64,000 nucleotides of DNA from assembly GCA_964016885.1 (NCBI GenBank), contig OZ024741.1, positions 237,584,001 to 237,648,000 on the forward strand, written 5' to 3'. Numbering within the stretch: the first letter of the stretch is position 1; each line of letters begins with the position of its first letter. The DNA comes from Eledone cirrhosa (lineage: Eukaryota). This document shows positions 44,940 to 58,249 of the stretch, in pieces. Both the position numbers and the translations under genes were made by a program. A model generated the notes under the pieces. That model did no database searches, was not told where the DNA came from, and worked only from the letters and a program-made list of their open reading frames with translations.

Positions 44940-45225
44940 CAACAGCCAGCTCGATCCTGTGTCAGCCTCCACCACTTCATCCCATGTTTTCCTATTCCAC
45001 AAGTTCCCTTAACTTTGAGTGTCCTGTGCTTCTTTATGCAGTTCTCGTCCTTCATATGCATCTCATGGCCATACCAACAGTCTTCCTTCTTGTACACTGC
45101 CTGTGATCCCTCTTATGCCCAGTTTTTCTCTCAAGATGTTAATACTTTGTTCCTGTACACTACAATTACACATCCATTTCAGTTGTTGCAGATCCTCTGC
45201 ATTCAGTGCCCATGCCTCACTTCCA
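44940..45225 (-). mobile_element. RTE family A-like fragment, degenerate
   Basis: Reverse strand reads ..RRLLVWP/WYGHEMHMKDENCIKK.., matching 5160-5440. Confidence 0.65.
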
Positions 45226-46191
45226 TTGATTTACCGGAAAACTGAATAGAGAGTGATTAATGATATCAATAACTCATGTCTTAGGACGACTTCAGAACTA
45301 AATATCCAGAACCAGATGGAAGCACTGCATCCTCCTGCTTCTCATTTTACTTTGAAGGATCATAAACCAAATTTTAATAACAACCCTTCTATTCAGCTTA
45401 TTAACCCTACTAAGGCTGATATAGTAAAAACTTTTTTGATAGAATTAAAGCCATGGGTCTGACCATTTTCATTACATTGTTCAATTAAAATCTTGAACAT
45501 TTAATTATATGAGTATTTTGTCCTCACCATGTAAATATGTAAGTTCTCTTTAATTTTCGTCTTGTAAAATACTCCAGGATAGCATTTAAATATCTTGTTA
45601 GAAACTGTGACCCCTAATGGACCAACAGTATTGATAGTAGGATTCAAGGCTATTTCGACAGCTGATGACCATGAAGTTCTTGTATTGGTTGGCAATTTTG
45701 CTATATTATCTGTGAAGCACGTACCCATCCTATCTCTACCTTTGTTTCATCATCATTATCATTTTACGTACGCTTTTCCTTGCTTGCAAGGGTGGGACGG
45801 TCCCTTGTCATCTCCTCCATGAATCAGTTGTGGTTTGTGGTGTTGGCAACATCGCCAGTGATATACTATTGATGTCTCACTGCTACCATGACTACCTACT
45901 TTATTTTCCAATTCAAGAAAGCGTTTAAATATTGAAATCAGAGGCAATGGAGAGAAATTCCAGCTAGATCCTGTCAACAAAATCCCCATATAATTTAAAT
46001 ACACAGCAAGTCTCTGATTTCCGAATGGCTAAATGTCAGCAGAGGGGCACCCAGGATGCAGCTTGGCCCCCTTAGAGTGTAAGAAGTTAAGGGCCGAAAC
46101 ACTCGCTTGAAGGGGGTTGCTTCTCTGAAGACCTGCTGCTGACCAACTCTCCTGAGAGTTTCTTGCGACTATATATATATATCATATACAT

Positions 46192-46226
<35 letters not shown>

Positions 46227-46238
46227 CACACACACATA

Positions 46239-46570
46239 TGGAGACACATGGCTTAGTGGTTAGAGCATTGGCCTTGCAATCAAAAGGTTGTGAGTTCAAT
46301 TCTCAGACCGGGTGATGTGTTGTTTCCTTGAGCAAGACACTTTATTTCACATTGCTCCAGTTTACTCAGCTGTAGAAATGAGATGATAGGGACTGGCGTC
46401 CATATCAGTCCACTGCAAAGTGGTCGTGGAGGTGCCACGGCAAAAAAGCACCCAGCACTCACTGTAAATGAGGTTGGTGTTAGGAAGGGCATCCAGCTGT
46501 AGAAATCAAGCCAGAATCAGTTCCCGTCCCACCCTTGCAAGCAGGGAAAAAGCGGACGTAAAATGATGAT
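46239..46570 (+). mobile_element. tRNA-derived CORE-type SINE (family A), second copy
   Basis: Only a handful of differences from 20579-20916; (GAT)n tail; flanked by (TA)/(CA)n. Confidence 0.88.
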
Positions 46571-46600
46571 ATATATATATACACACACATATATATATAT

Positions 46601-46753
46601 CATATATACTCGTGTATAAGTCATACCATTTGTCACAAAAATATGTGAAAAAACCAACATGCAACATATCTATTGGACCCATAATTCAACATATATGGTG
46701 CATTGTAAATACTCTATGTAAAATGGGGCAGTGACTTATACACAAATATACAG
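46601..46753. mobile_element. Candidate Tc1/mariner-type MITE
   Basis: Inverted ends TATACTCGTGTATAAGTC and GACTTATACACAAATATA. Confidence 0.45.
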
Positions 46754-47299
46754 AATATGTATATGTGCGTGTGTGTCTATACATATATACATACACACAC
46801 ACATACATTTATATCAATGTTACATTTCTGTAAGCATTAAATAATATCAGCAGATTTCTTGGTTCAGAGGTGTCATCAAGTTGTCATCATTTAAAGACTG
46901 AAGGAAGATGTTACACAAAAAGAGACATAATCTTATTATATATGTATATATACACACATATATATAAATATACATATATATGGTGAATTACTGTAAAATA
47001 TTTCTTCTGACCTGTGATAAATAGCAACATTTCTCTTTTTCATTGTCTGGAAGATGATTTTACATTCTAATTAAACTTGAATAAATCTACTAACGAGATT
47101 GCAGCATCTTCAGACATTGACAAAGTTGATGGAAATATAACAGTAGAAATCTTTTCAACACACAAGGAATATTTGAAAAATGAAAATCAGAAAAATATCA
47201 ATATATTGGTGTTAATGAGGAAAAATTATTAAAAAATGAATTGTGAGAGAAACTTAATTCTTTGATATATCCAAGATGCCAAAAGTGATAGGAAAATTA

Positions 47300-47955
<656 letters not shown>

Positions 47956-48607
47956 ATTACTGTTGATGATAAACAGTAATTAATATTATTATAAACTGTG
48001 GAACTTAGAGTATATTTGTTATTTAATATTATTATTATAAACTGTATAATATTAGATATACTGTCTGTATGCATTTTCGCCTTTATATATATATAAACAT
48101 GCTAACATTTGTGTTCATTTAATAACAGTGCATTTGATTAAATATGAATGTCGACAGTAACACAATTTCTAATATCATGTAGAGTTTCTAAGTGCTCTAC
48201 ATTAGAAATATACTGTTATATGGTGTAAATATGATTGTGTACTAAATCATTTTAGCAAGAAGTAGAAATATTGGTAAAAATAGAATACTAAATAAAAAAT
48301 AAGTTGTGTTGGAGAGTATTACACATTTTAAGACTAGAATTATAACTTATAAATTTGTGAAACATTTTTGAAATACACATATGTACACATGCACACACAC
48401 ACACACACACACACTTATATATACACATGTCTATATGTATGGGAATGATAAGAGACAGAAAATATGTTGATTTTTTTTTTAAAGAAGATATTTAAATATT
48501 TAAGAATGATGGAAGGAATTTAGCTGATTTGTTCACTATTGAAAGGTGTTAATGACATTTTTTTTGACAGCTAAAAAGAAGAAAAAATGTTATGAAATGT
48601 CTGTAGC

Positions 48608-49924
48608 TTATTGCTGGCCAGCAGTATCAACATGAGGGGTGACCATTACTTCTGCTAATTGCTTTGTAGTATAGACAGGTGTGGTAGCAATATTTACTGG
48701 TGTACTGATGGGGTACATTTGCAAGGTAGGGAATATCTGTGCTGTAGCAGCGTTCATTTGTATGGTAGTGGGGAATATTTGTGCTGCCGTAGGTGACATC
48801 TGTATTGTGGTCGGGAAGATCTGTGCCATTGAATACATTTGTACAGTTTGAGCCCCAGTGGTTGTTGTAGCAATTGCTGAATAGAGCTGTTGCTGTTCTT
48901 GTTGTTTTTGCTGAACAAGTTCTGTACTGATAGTGTTGTTGTGGCTGATAATATTGTTCTCATCAACAGTGTTTGCTGTTATCTGTTGAGTTTGAGGTTG
49001 GTTGAGATCAACTTGACACATTGTAGGTTGAGGTAGAGTCTCTGTGCTCATGGCTACTGGGAGAACCTCGGTACTACTCACTGGTACTGGTAAAATATCT
49101 GTGCTCACTGGTACAGGTAAAATATCTGTGCTCACCGGTACTGCAAGCTCTAACTGTGTATCAGATTCAACTTTCAACTGAGAAATTTGAGGTACACAAC
49201 TCAGTTTCCGGCGACCTTTATTTGGCTGGTTGTGCTTGACCAGGTGGTCATGGCGAGAAAAGGCAAATCCACATAGTGTACACTTGTAAGGGCGTTCTCC
49301 AGAATGAATTCTTTTATGGACCTTCAGATGGTCTCGTCGGGACAATGCCTTGCCGCATATATCACATTTAAACAGCTTCTCACCATGATGGCTGCTCATG
49401 TGTCGTACTAGATGGTCATTGCGTGAGAAGGCATAACCACACATCTCACAGCGGAAAGGCCTCTCCCCAGAGTGGGACCGTCTGGCAGTCTTCACTGGTG
49501 GCTGGCTGTAATGAGGTTTTATATGGGAGTGATGTTCATACTGATGGTTGTGATGACCATGGATGTGATGATGATGATTGCTGTTGTTGTTGTTGTTGTG
49601 GTGGTGATGATGGTGATGATGACCATTATTTTCAGAACCGATGCTGAAATCAAAACAGTCATTGCCAAAAACTTTCTTTTCTTCCACCTCGACAAGCTCA
49701 ACCACTGCCTGCTGTAATGTCTGTGGCTCGGAATGCTTTAACCCTTTAATTGGTGATGCACCACTGATGCTGTTCTCTGGATGCTGCAGCTGTGTCTGCA
49801 CAACAGATGCTATTGGTGTTGCAGTTATTGACTCAATAGACGCAAACCCCTTGCCCCTGCAAATATTATTGTCCGATGTTGACTTCTCAATAACAACCTG
49901 GTGGGATGTCATGATGTCATCCAT
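48608..49924 (-). CDS. C2H2 zinc-finger protein: 3 fingers (RxDHL helices), His-rich tract, repetitive Q/T/P-rich C-terminus
   Basis: Intact ORF with first ATG (MDDIM) at 49924. Fingers CEMC, CDIC and CTLC have GERP/GEKL linkers. A polypyrimidine tract with AG acceptor at 49980-49979 suggests the exon starts at 49978. Confidence 0.9.
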   Translation of the reverse strand: MDDIMTSHQVVIEKSTSDNNICRGKGFASIESITATPIASVVQTQLQHPENSISGASPIKGLKHSEPQTLQQAVVELVEVEEKKVFGNDCFDFSIGSENNGHHHHHHHHNNNNNSNHHHHIHGHHNHQYEHHSHIKPHYSQPPVKTARRSHSGERPFRCEMCGYAFSRNDHLVRHMSSHHGEKLFKCDICGKALSRRDHLKVHKRIHSGERPYKCTLCGFAFSRHDHLVKHNQPNKGRRKLSCVPQISQLKVESDTQLELAVPVSTDILPVPVSTDILPVPVSSTEVLPVAMSTETLPQPTMCQVDLNQPQTQQITANTVDENNIISHNNTISTELVQQKQQEQQQLYSAIATTTTGAQTVQMYSMAQIFPTTIQMSPTAAQIFPTTIQMNAATAQIFPTLQMYPISTPVNIATTPVYTTKQLAEVMVTPHVDTAGQQ

Positions 49925-50499
49925 TATTACTACAGCAACTGTGGTAAATGGAATATATCTATATATATAAAATACCACCTTGTAAAAGAACAAGATAGAA
50001 ATGTGTGGTGTTAGAAATATAATTTCTCTTTTCTGGCAGCTTGCATGTGTGATGATGTGTTTAGGAGACTCTTCATCTCTACCATATCTGTTTGTGTATC
50101 ACAGTTGAGATATATTCTAGGATATCATACACAAGACAGGCATCATTTAGAATGATTTAGTTGTATGAAGTTAAGTATTGGCTGATGGAAATAAATACCA
50201 TTGGCAGTAAGAGGAATTATAATAAGAAATTAATTTGGGTGAGATTTAGATTTTGTTTTGATGAAAATATCTTTCAGAGAAAAATGGCTTAGACTGGAGA
50301 ATTTTCTTGACAATATTGATGATATTTTGATTCAGGGATATAGATATGAAAATATCTTTCAGAGATATATAAATAAGAGAATTACATAATAATACTGATG
50401 ATGATGTTGTCTTGTTGTTTTGCTGATGATGACTTTGTATGTATTTTTCAATCAGCAGTTCCCTACAACATAAAAAAAAAGTATTAGTAAACAGTATGT

Positions 50500-50850
50500 A
50501 TGTATGAACCTGTAACTCCTGATGGAGTTGTAGGGGTGCCGACATGACATACAGCGTGTCTTGGGCACTTCAAACCTAAAGGAGCACATCCCTTGTTCAG
50601 GTCTGAACACAGCTGATTTCTTCCAGAGGAGAGAGAGAGAGAGAGAGAGTGAGAGAGGGGAAGTGAGAAAGAGATATAGAGAAAGACTTGACTGACCCCA
50701 GTACTGGACTGGTATTTTTTTTATCAACCTTGAAAAGATGAAAGTCAAAGTTGACCAAGGCAGGATATAAACTCAGAGTGCAGAAAAAACAAGACAAATG
50801 CTGCAAAGTATTCTATCTGATATTCTAACAATTCTACCAATTTCCCACTC
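50500..50850 (-). mobile_element. Degenerate SINE family B plus an associated downstream segment (related to about 26203-26520)
   Basis: TATCAACCTTGAAAAGATGAAAGTCAAAGTTGACC, and CAGGTCTGAACACAGCTGATTTCTTCCAG matching the reverse complement of about 26397-26425. Confidence 0.65.
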
Positions 50851-51117
50851 TTTTAGAAAACAGTAAACGAATTATAATTAATCTCTCTTTCACTCTCGTT
50901 TTTAAAAACCTTTATTATGTAGTGGATACAAACATAGCTAAGTGGCTAAGAAGTTTGGTTTCATTGTGTAACGTCTTTGGCAACCCACGCCCTGTGACGA
51001 AATTAGGTAGACAGAAACTGTGTGGCAGCCCATTGGATTGATTGTATTTGCTTGTAAGTCAAAGGTTGAGCCTTGTCACATTGTGTCAACACAGATTCTA
51101 TTAGAGATCTACATTAA

Positions 51118-51346
51118 CTCTTTCAACACCAACCTGTCGAAAACTGCTGAAAGATACTTTGGAAAAGAACTACCCATTTTAAATGATTCTGATTTAAATA
51201 AAAATTTTCCAACATGATTTTATATAAGAACCTCTTTGTATGTTAGAAATAACATCTTAATAATTGAAATCATTTTAGTAACTTCCTCCAAATTCTTCAG
51301 TAATAATTTACAGTGAAATTTTATTAGAAATATGGTAATGAAAGAG
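51118..51346. mobile_element. piggyBac-like MITE with TTAA target duplication, nested in a degenerate SINE-like repeat
   Basis: TTAA|CTCTTTCAACACCA...TGGTAATGAAAGAG|TTAA; terminal inverted repeat matches at 12 of 14. Confidence 0.6.
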
Positions 51347-53834
51347 TTAAAGGTGCATGTGCCTCTACATAAGTAGTACGTTTACTCGTTCGAACCACCG
51401 AATGCTCATCATTGAAACCGACGAAGGACCCATCATTCAACCATTATACAATTTTAAATTCGAAGTTTTTAATTTAAGCAACCCAATAACTAAATGATAA
51501 AAACAATGGCAATTTCGGACACAATGTTTTGTGGTATTTGTATGGGCTCTTTACATTCTTTACCTTTCAATCTTCTGGTGTTGATAAAATAAAGCCCCAA
51601 TCAAGTATTGGCCACCATTTAATCGACTTCCCCCACCCTCACATTGCTGGCCTTGTCCCTTAATTAAAAATCATTACTGATACACGCAAACGCGCGCGCA
51701 AAGCTGGTAATAGGGCCCGGTAAATTGTAATCCTTCTCTCTCCCAAAAAGTTGATAATAGAATCGGGCAGGTAAATATATAGGCTACAAGCTGGTAATAG
51801 CCAAGGCCCAATGTGAAATGTAAGCCCCATTTTTAAACATCTCAGAATTAAAGAAGTAGAATTTGAGGCGTCTAGGACCCTATAAATCGTAGATTTGTGC
51901 TAGCTGGCCTACTAACTCCAAACCTTTGTTTTGGCCTACATACACATTTTTATAACTGCTTGTATGGTCGGCCGGCCAGCTAGAATTAACAGCAACATCT
52001 TCCTTAAAATCAACATTTGCTATCTTAAAAGAAAAGGAAAGCACACATAAGATAATGTAATCTTTGATACACAATATCTGGAATAACAGATGGGATGGTC
52101 ATGGCAGGAATGCCTTTAATCATAGGTTTGCTTCATGCTTGATCAGGGCTGATTACAGGCTAAACAATAACTAATATAAAAAGAAAGAACAGTCTATATT
52201 CAGGTGAGATGGAATCATGTAGAAGCTATGCTGTTATCATATATTAAATATAATATATGAAAGAAACATGATGTTTAGTTTTGTGGAAACGAAAGTAAAA
52301 GAATCTGACCAGAAAAGCCAGAAATTGTCAATGTTACGATTTGTGTGTATGAGAGTTTCAAATATTGGTTTCCCTCCGAATTCAGATTGGATGAAACAGT
52401 AGAGCAGAGAAGGAGATAGAGAGAGATAAACCGGGAGAGGAAGATAGAGAAAGGGAAACAGTAAGACGGAGAGATAGCAAGGGTGAGGGTAGCGGTAAAG
52501 AATTACTACGGAGGAAAGGCAGAGGGATGAGATGAGAGAGGGGGAGAATAGAAAGAGAAAAACAGTGAGTAATAAAAACAAAGTAAGAAAAACAGAGAGA
52601 TACAATAAGAGTGGAACTGAACATGAATTCAAAAGGTGGAAAAAATGTTTTCCTTGGAATTCACAACGAAAACTAAAATTTGAAGCTATTTCGAAACAAA
52701 ACAGCAATACATGTTGCCTTTTATCACACAAAAGACAGAGCTAAGCATGTGTAACTATGACCTTAAACCCAAACCAAGAGGGTCTATTTAACCCATAACA
52801 ATTGAGATCTGTTAATTTACCTTCGATCGTTCTACGCAATTCTTCGAATAATAACTTCCATTGGACGAGCAATGACATGAAAGCAATGTGATTTGCAGAC
52901 TTCTTATAGGTACCTATACATCTATAACTCTACCTCGTTCTAGACATGCATATACCTCTATATTTATGCTTAGATTTGTACTGCCGCATTAGTGCATCAC
53001 TTACCTTTTTGATGATATATTCTGTGTTAACATTGAAAGAACCATAAATGTTGTCCATAAGATTTAAAATCGGTCACTTTGGAAGGTGTTCCCTCTCATA
53101 GGGAAGACCAAAGTTTTTATAAGACGACCGAGAAAAGCCATCGATGTAAACACAGGGGAGGTAATCTGACAAACACTAACCGATTTACTCCAATTTGTCT
53201 TATTAAAAAGGATTAATAAACTAAAGGAGTGTTGTAAATCTGACATATATACATTTTCGAGTATATTTTGAAACAATTTATGACTAATAAAATTGACAAA
53301 TAGCGAAGATATCCTAATAAAATTTTTCTAAGCAGTTTGAATCACACCGCCAACACCGGTTCTCCTCATTGTTCTCATTCAGACAAAGAAAGCTGAAAAG
53401 GTCAACTCTTTGGTTGGGAGGAGGGGGGGGGGGGGGTTCTCTGTTTGAAATATTCTCTTAGCTTGGTCACTAAATAGCCATGAACCAGCAGCAATATACT
53501 CCATTACTGTTATTTAATTGTCTCCGATAATAATTACAAATTTGTTGCAGTTCTTAAAATGCGCGACTGAATTTCTATTCTCTTACACCGTTAAATTATT
53601 TACAAAATGCAGGAACGTTGCATTCTCTATTTTTCCCATTTCGGACTTTGTTTATATAATAAATTAAAGCTTTAGAAATGTTGGATAATAGTGTGGAGTA
53701 TATGAAAGAAAAGTTCATAGTCTGCACACCTACATGACAATGGGCTCATCATATAGACTGTAAATCATAAATTGGAATTTTGCTAATATCTATAAGGATG
53801 ATGAGGAGGAGTAGCTATTTACATAATGATTTCT

Positions 53835-54043
53835 AATTAAGGCACAAGGCCAGCAAATTTGGGGAAAGGGGGAAAGTTGATTAAATCAATCCTAGTAGTT
53901 GACTGGTACTTTATTTTATTAACCCAGAAAGGATGAAAAGTAAAATTGACCTAAGCAGGATTTGAATTCAGAATGTAAAGAGCCAGAACAAATACCATAA
54001 TGACATTTTATCTGACACTATTAATTCTGCCAATCCACCACCC
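53835..54043 (-). mobile_element. SINE family B, older full-length copy (another degenerate copy at about 51505-51670, +)
   Basis: GGCACAAGGCCAGCAA, CTGGTACTTTATTTTATT, GGATGAAAAG, GGATTTGAATTCAGA, CTGCCAATCCACC. Confidence 0.8.
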
Positions 54044-54248
54044 TTAGCTTCTACATAATGAGACGTTATTGTAGTAAATTCACCACTGATCAACAAGTTG
54101 CTATGTGGTAACTATTTTCGGGGGGTGGGGTGGGGTGAGGGGCAAGTGCACACACAGATTCATTTATTCGTGCCAAAGTAAAAAAATCAGTGTTACAAAA
54201 CTTTAATGTCTCATTTTGAATTATCAAGTTGTATTACAATATTCTATA

Positions 54249-55244
54249 CTAGCTGAATGACCCGGCGTTGCCCGGGTTACTGCTGTTCTTATTCAGATTA
54301 CTACACAATAAATATGAAGATATATTTTTTTCTCATAATTATTTCAAAATATCTATATTTTATTTTAAAAATATCAAAATTGTAATGATAATAGAATTTA
54401 GGAATGAAAACCTGTCAATCTTGAAGCACCTCAGGGTAAACAATATTTATTGTTTAAATTTTTTGTTGGTGTCCAAATGAATAAATTGATTCTGCTTCCA
54501 ACTCGTGAGCAACCAACATAGAGTTGACTGTGGGGGAAACATGTAGTAGAGAGATCAAATCCAACTATCTTGAAGGGTTGACCCTGAAATTTGTTAATTG
54601 AAATAACAAAATTTAGTTTGACTGGAAACTGAAGCCTCTTGAGGAATTTTTAGAAATTTTTTCATTTTTTTTTCAAATAAGTATCAACAAATAAGTAATT
54701 TGTAAACAAATAAGTATCAACATCCAAAAGAAATATATATTAATTATTATTTTTGTATGCAGTGTAAATTAACGAAATATAAGCAAATGTATTAACTGCC
54801 ACATACACTCACACAAACATACACTTATAAAAAACACAGACATGCACTCATACAAACACACACAGAGTTTCACCCACGAACAGACACACAATGACTCACA
54901 CAAACTTATAAAAACACACACAGACATACATTCATTCAAACACACACAATTTCACCCCAGCGTTTCATTATTTCAGTCGTCACAGAAATGTATGTATACT
55001 CACACACACATACACTCTTACATACACTCACACACATATACTTGTCAGTGTGTGTGTGTGTTTAATTCTGTGTATCTGATTAAATATTTTTATGAAGATG
55101 TATGTGTATGTAACTTACTAAGGCTTAATGTACGTAACAAACACGTAAACACACACACACTCATATACAAAACGTGACGCTGTTGTTGGTGGTGGCGTCG
55201 TAGTGTTATAAAATGTCTGTTTTATAGTTGACTATAGTAATGGA
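54249..55244 (-). mobile_element. Candidate non-autonomous Helitron; 3' terminus clear, 5' end uncertain
   Basis: Minus strand ends ACCCGG-GCAACG-CCGGGT-CATTCAG-CTAG|T, i.e. a GC hairpin followed by CTRR and a host T. Internal CA-rich repeats. Confidence 0.5.
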
Positions 55245-58200
55245 GGACTCACTCAGTAGTGTGAGAAGCAGGCTCATCCTGTGAAGACATGTCCGACCCT
55301 TGTTAGCAAGGAAAACAGGTGTTAAATGATGATATATATATATTTTATTTTTCATATTGCTACAATTAAGACTTTTTTTTCTTAAGGCATTGGTATAGCC
55401 ATATGGTTAAGGAGTTCGCTATGCAACCACTTGCTTCCAGATTTGGTCCTACTGCATGGTACTTTGGGCAAGTATCTTCTGTAACCTCAGGTGACTATTG
55501 CTTGTGAATGAAAGCTGGTAGACAGAAATTGTATGGAAGCCTATTATGCATGTGTGTGTGTTTTTGTGTGCGTTGTTTAGTTCTAAGTCAATTCTATTGA
55601 GCAGACCTATGATCAAAAGCTTTCCAGCCATGCCCATTTTGTCATTTTAGAAGTTTATCACACTATTTAATATGGGATATGGTTTAAGGGAAGTTTGGTA
55701 GCTATTTGAAGCAAGTTGGTGCATGTGTCTACTGGTGTAAAACAATGTATTGAATTGTGTTCCTTTACATTTTTCATGTCAAGGAACACAATTCTATACA
55801 TTATTTTACAACTAAAAAAGATGGTTGGGTTACAGCTGGAATGCCTTTGATCATAGGTTGCTCAATCAAAGTTGACTGGGAGCTAAACAACAACATTCTA
55901 GACTTCATTCAAAGAAAAACCATCTGCCTAATAGCCAAATTTTCCAATACCAACTCTCCCCTGTCATTAAGCAGCATCTTCTATTTCTTCCATTGTAATA
56001 AGCTCTCATCGTCACAGTATGTTTTATTCCTAGATGTGTATGTGATTCTAATTTCATCTGGGCCCATGTTTATATTCTGGAATAAGACACCTGGTGATGA
56101 TTAGAAGTCAACTTAGCCTTCTCTCTTCCCTACTTCTTCCTTGACCTCCCTTCGCCCACCTCTTCCTTATCTCACCTTCTCTCATCCCTCCCTTCTCTAT
56201 ATCTCTATCCTTATCTTACTTCCCCTACTTTTCTCCTCTCTTCCCTCATGTTTCTTCCCCTTTATCATTCTTACATCTTGTATGCAACTTCAATATTTTC
56301 TGCAAGGCATACATATCCTTCATGAATCTGAGGGTTCTCACCTATTGTTGGGAGTTTCCACCATTGTCCTGTCAAGAGACAAGTATGATAAACGTACATA
56401 CCACTTGACCTGGGACCCCAGATTCTTGACAGATGAAACACACAGGGCTACTCATAAATCAACCCATATACACATCCTTCTAGCTATAGGATTATTATAA
56501 ATACAAGTACTTAGGGAATCCACCAGAGAGATGCGAAGCAGCAGTTTATGAGAGATTACGATATAGCCAATTCACTTTTACTCTATCTCTCTTTCCCGTC
56601 CTTACAGACATAGTGATAACACAGACAAGAGAAGAAAGTTCTGCTAACACTCTGAAATTTCTCTTCACAAAAACCAGTTTGTTTACTATACTCTCACATT
56701 TCATACCAGCTCGACAGATTGACCACTACTACAAGGAATAACGAATACTAAGGATAGACACACAAACACATAGTAGGTTTCATATTGTTTACTTCTATGC
56801 TTTATCTATTCTTCTGTCTCCCTGTCATATTGTACTACTGTAAGATACAACACAACTTTTACTATATCATTTTCTGTGATACATGCATTTACGCTAGCTC
56901 GAAGAAGCTAGTCAGCAAATTAATGTAGTGATAATTGCTGTCACAATTTTATTACTCGATATTTGATGTACCAACAAGTGAATATTGTTATTGTAAAATA
57001 AACATTGTCAACATCACAATTCTGGCATTATTCTTTTTATCATTCATCCTGAAAAGAATACTCTATCCACTACAGGATTAGTACAGTATAGTGTGAGCTG
57101 GCAATGACTGGATCTCATGTCAGAGATCCTTAGTTTACAATCACTGATCCCTACTTTACTATAACTGACGTTTAGTCCACTATAATTGACTAAGCTATCA
57201 TAGACACTTAGTTCAGTCAGGGAGCATTAGGTCACTATCACTGCCCCCTTCCTTAGTTCAATTATTGACCAATAGTTCACCGGCCAGCGCGTGGGACCCC
57301 ATTTGCTTATAATAGTGAGAGATGGGAAGGGCGAGAGAGATGGAGTGATGACTGGGAGTTTGGCTCCTCTGTGTTCGGACCTGGTGTACATGTGTGTGTA
57401 TTTTTACACTATCGACCCTTTCATCTTGTCCGAATATAATGTGGATGATACATGAAACATGGTCTCTTGTAATTATTAATGAACAGGAAGTCAAGCTACA
57501 TTAGCTCCTAGTTCACTACATCTGACTCATAGTTCACTACAACTATACCCTTGTCCACTAGAAGACATTTCCCTCAATTATCACCTTATCATTTAAAAAA
57601 AGGAAGAACATATTGAATAATAAATAATACAATATTTGAAAGCTGGTATAATGCAGATAGAAATATAAAGCTGGTATTGGGTTAAAAATATAGCAAATCA
57701 AAACAAAATAATATTTTTACCCAATATATTTCTTTGTGATATTTCAAGGTAAATACCTTCTTTTCAAATGAATCTAGATTTTTCTATATTCATTTTGTTT
57801 CTTGAAACATCATGAAATACTGAAATATATTTCTAGGATAAAATTACATAAAAATAATAAAGAATTTAATATTTAGTCAAATATATAAAAAAAGAAAAGG
57901 ACTATAAATTCTATAAATGAGAGGAAAAGGAGGGAAAGAGCAAGATGGTCTAATGATGTTGTCCTAAGGGGCCTTTTAGTTTTATTTCAAATTTCATAGT
58001 AAATATAGCTTTTTAAATCTCCCTCAAATCACACCCTGCCATCTTCAATACAAAAACAGGATGGGAATTACTGGAATATTTTTTTATCAGAGCTAATCTG
58101 GAGCTAAACATCACCAAGTGAAAGTATATTTCTTAAATGAATGTCATGATCTGTAAACATCTATTCTAAATTTCTTAGAAACCATAACCTTTACTCTTGA

Positions 58201-58249
58201 ACAAAAACTATTGCCCCTTATTGTAAACAATCATTTTACATATTGGTTT

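Noticed and set aside
48608-49924. Naming the 3-finger gene KLF/Sp or EGR
   Set aside because: Fingers are CxxC rather than Cx4C, they are central in the protein, and fingers 1-2 lack the KLF/Sp or EGR helix signatures. No symbol assigned.
52380-52620. Hydrophobic and charged ORFs in a GA-rich tract (similar at 56141-56500)
   Set aside because: Low-complexity purine/pyrimidine tracts with no domain motif.
56346-57074. Possible solo LTR (TG...CA with AATAAA near 56997)
   Set aside because: No matching target-site duplication, second LTR, PBS or internal domain found.
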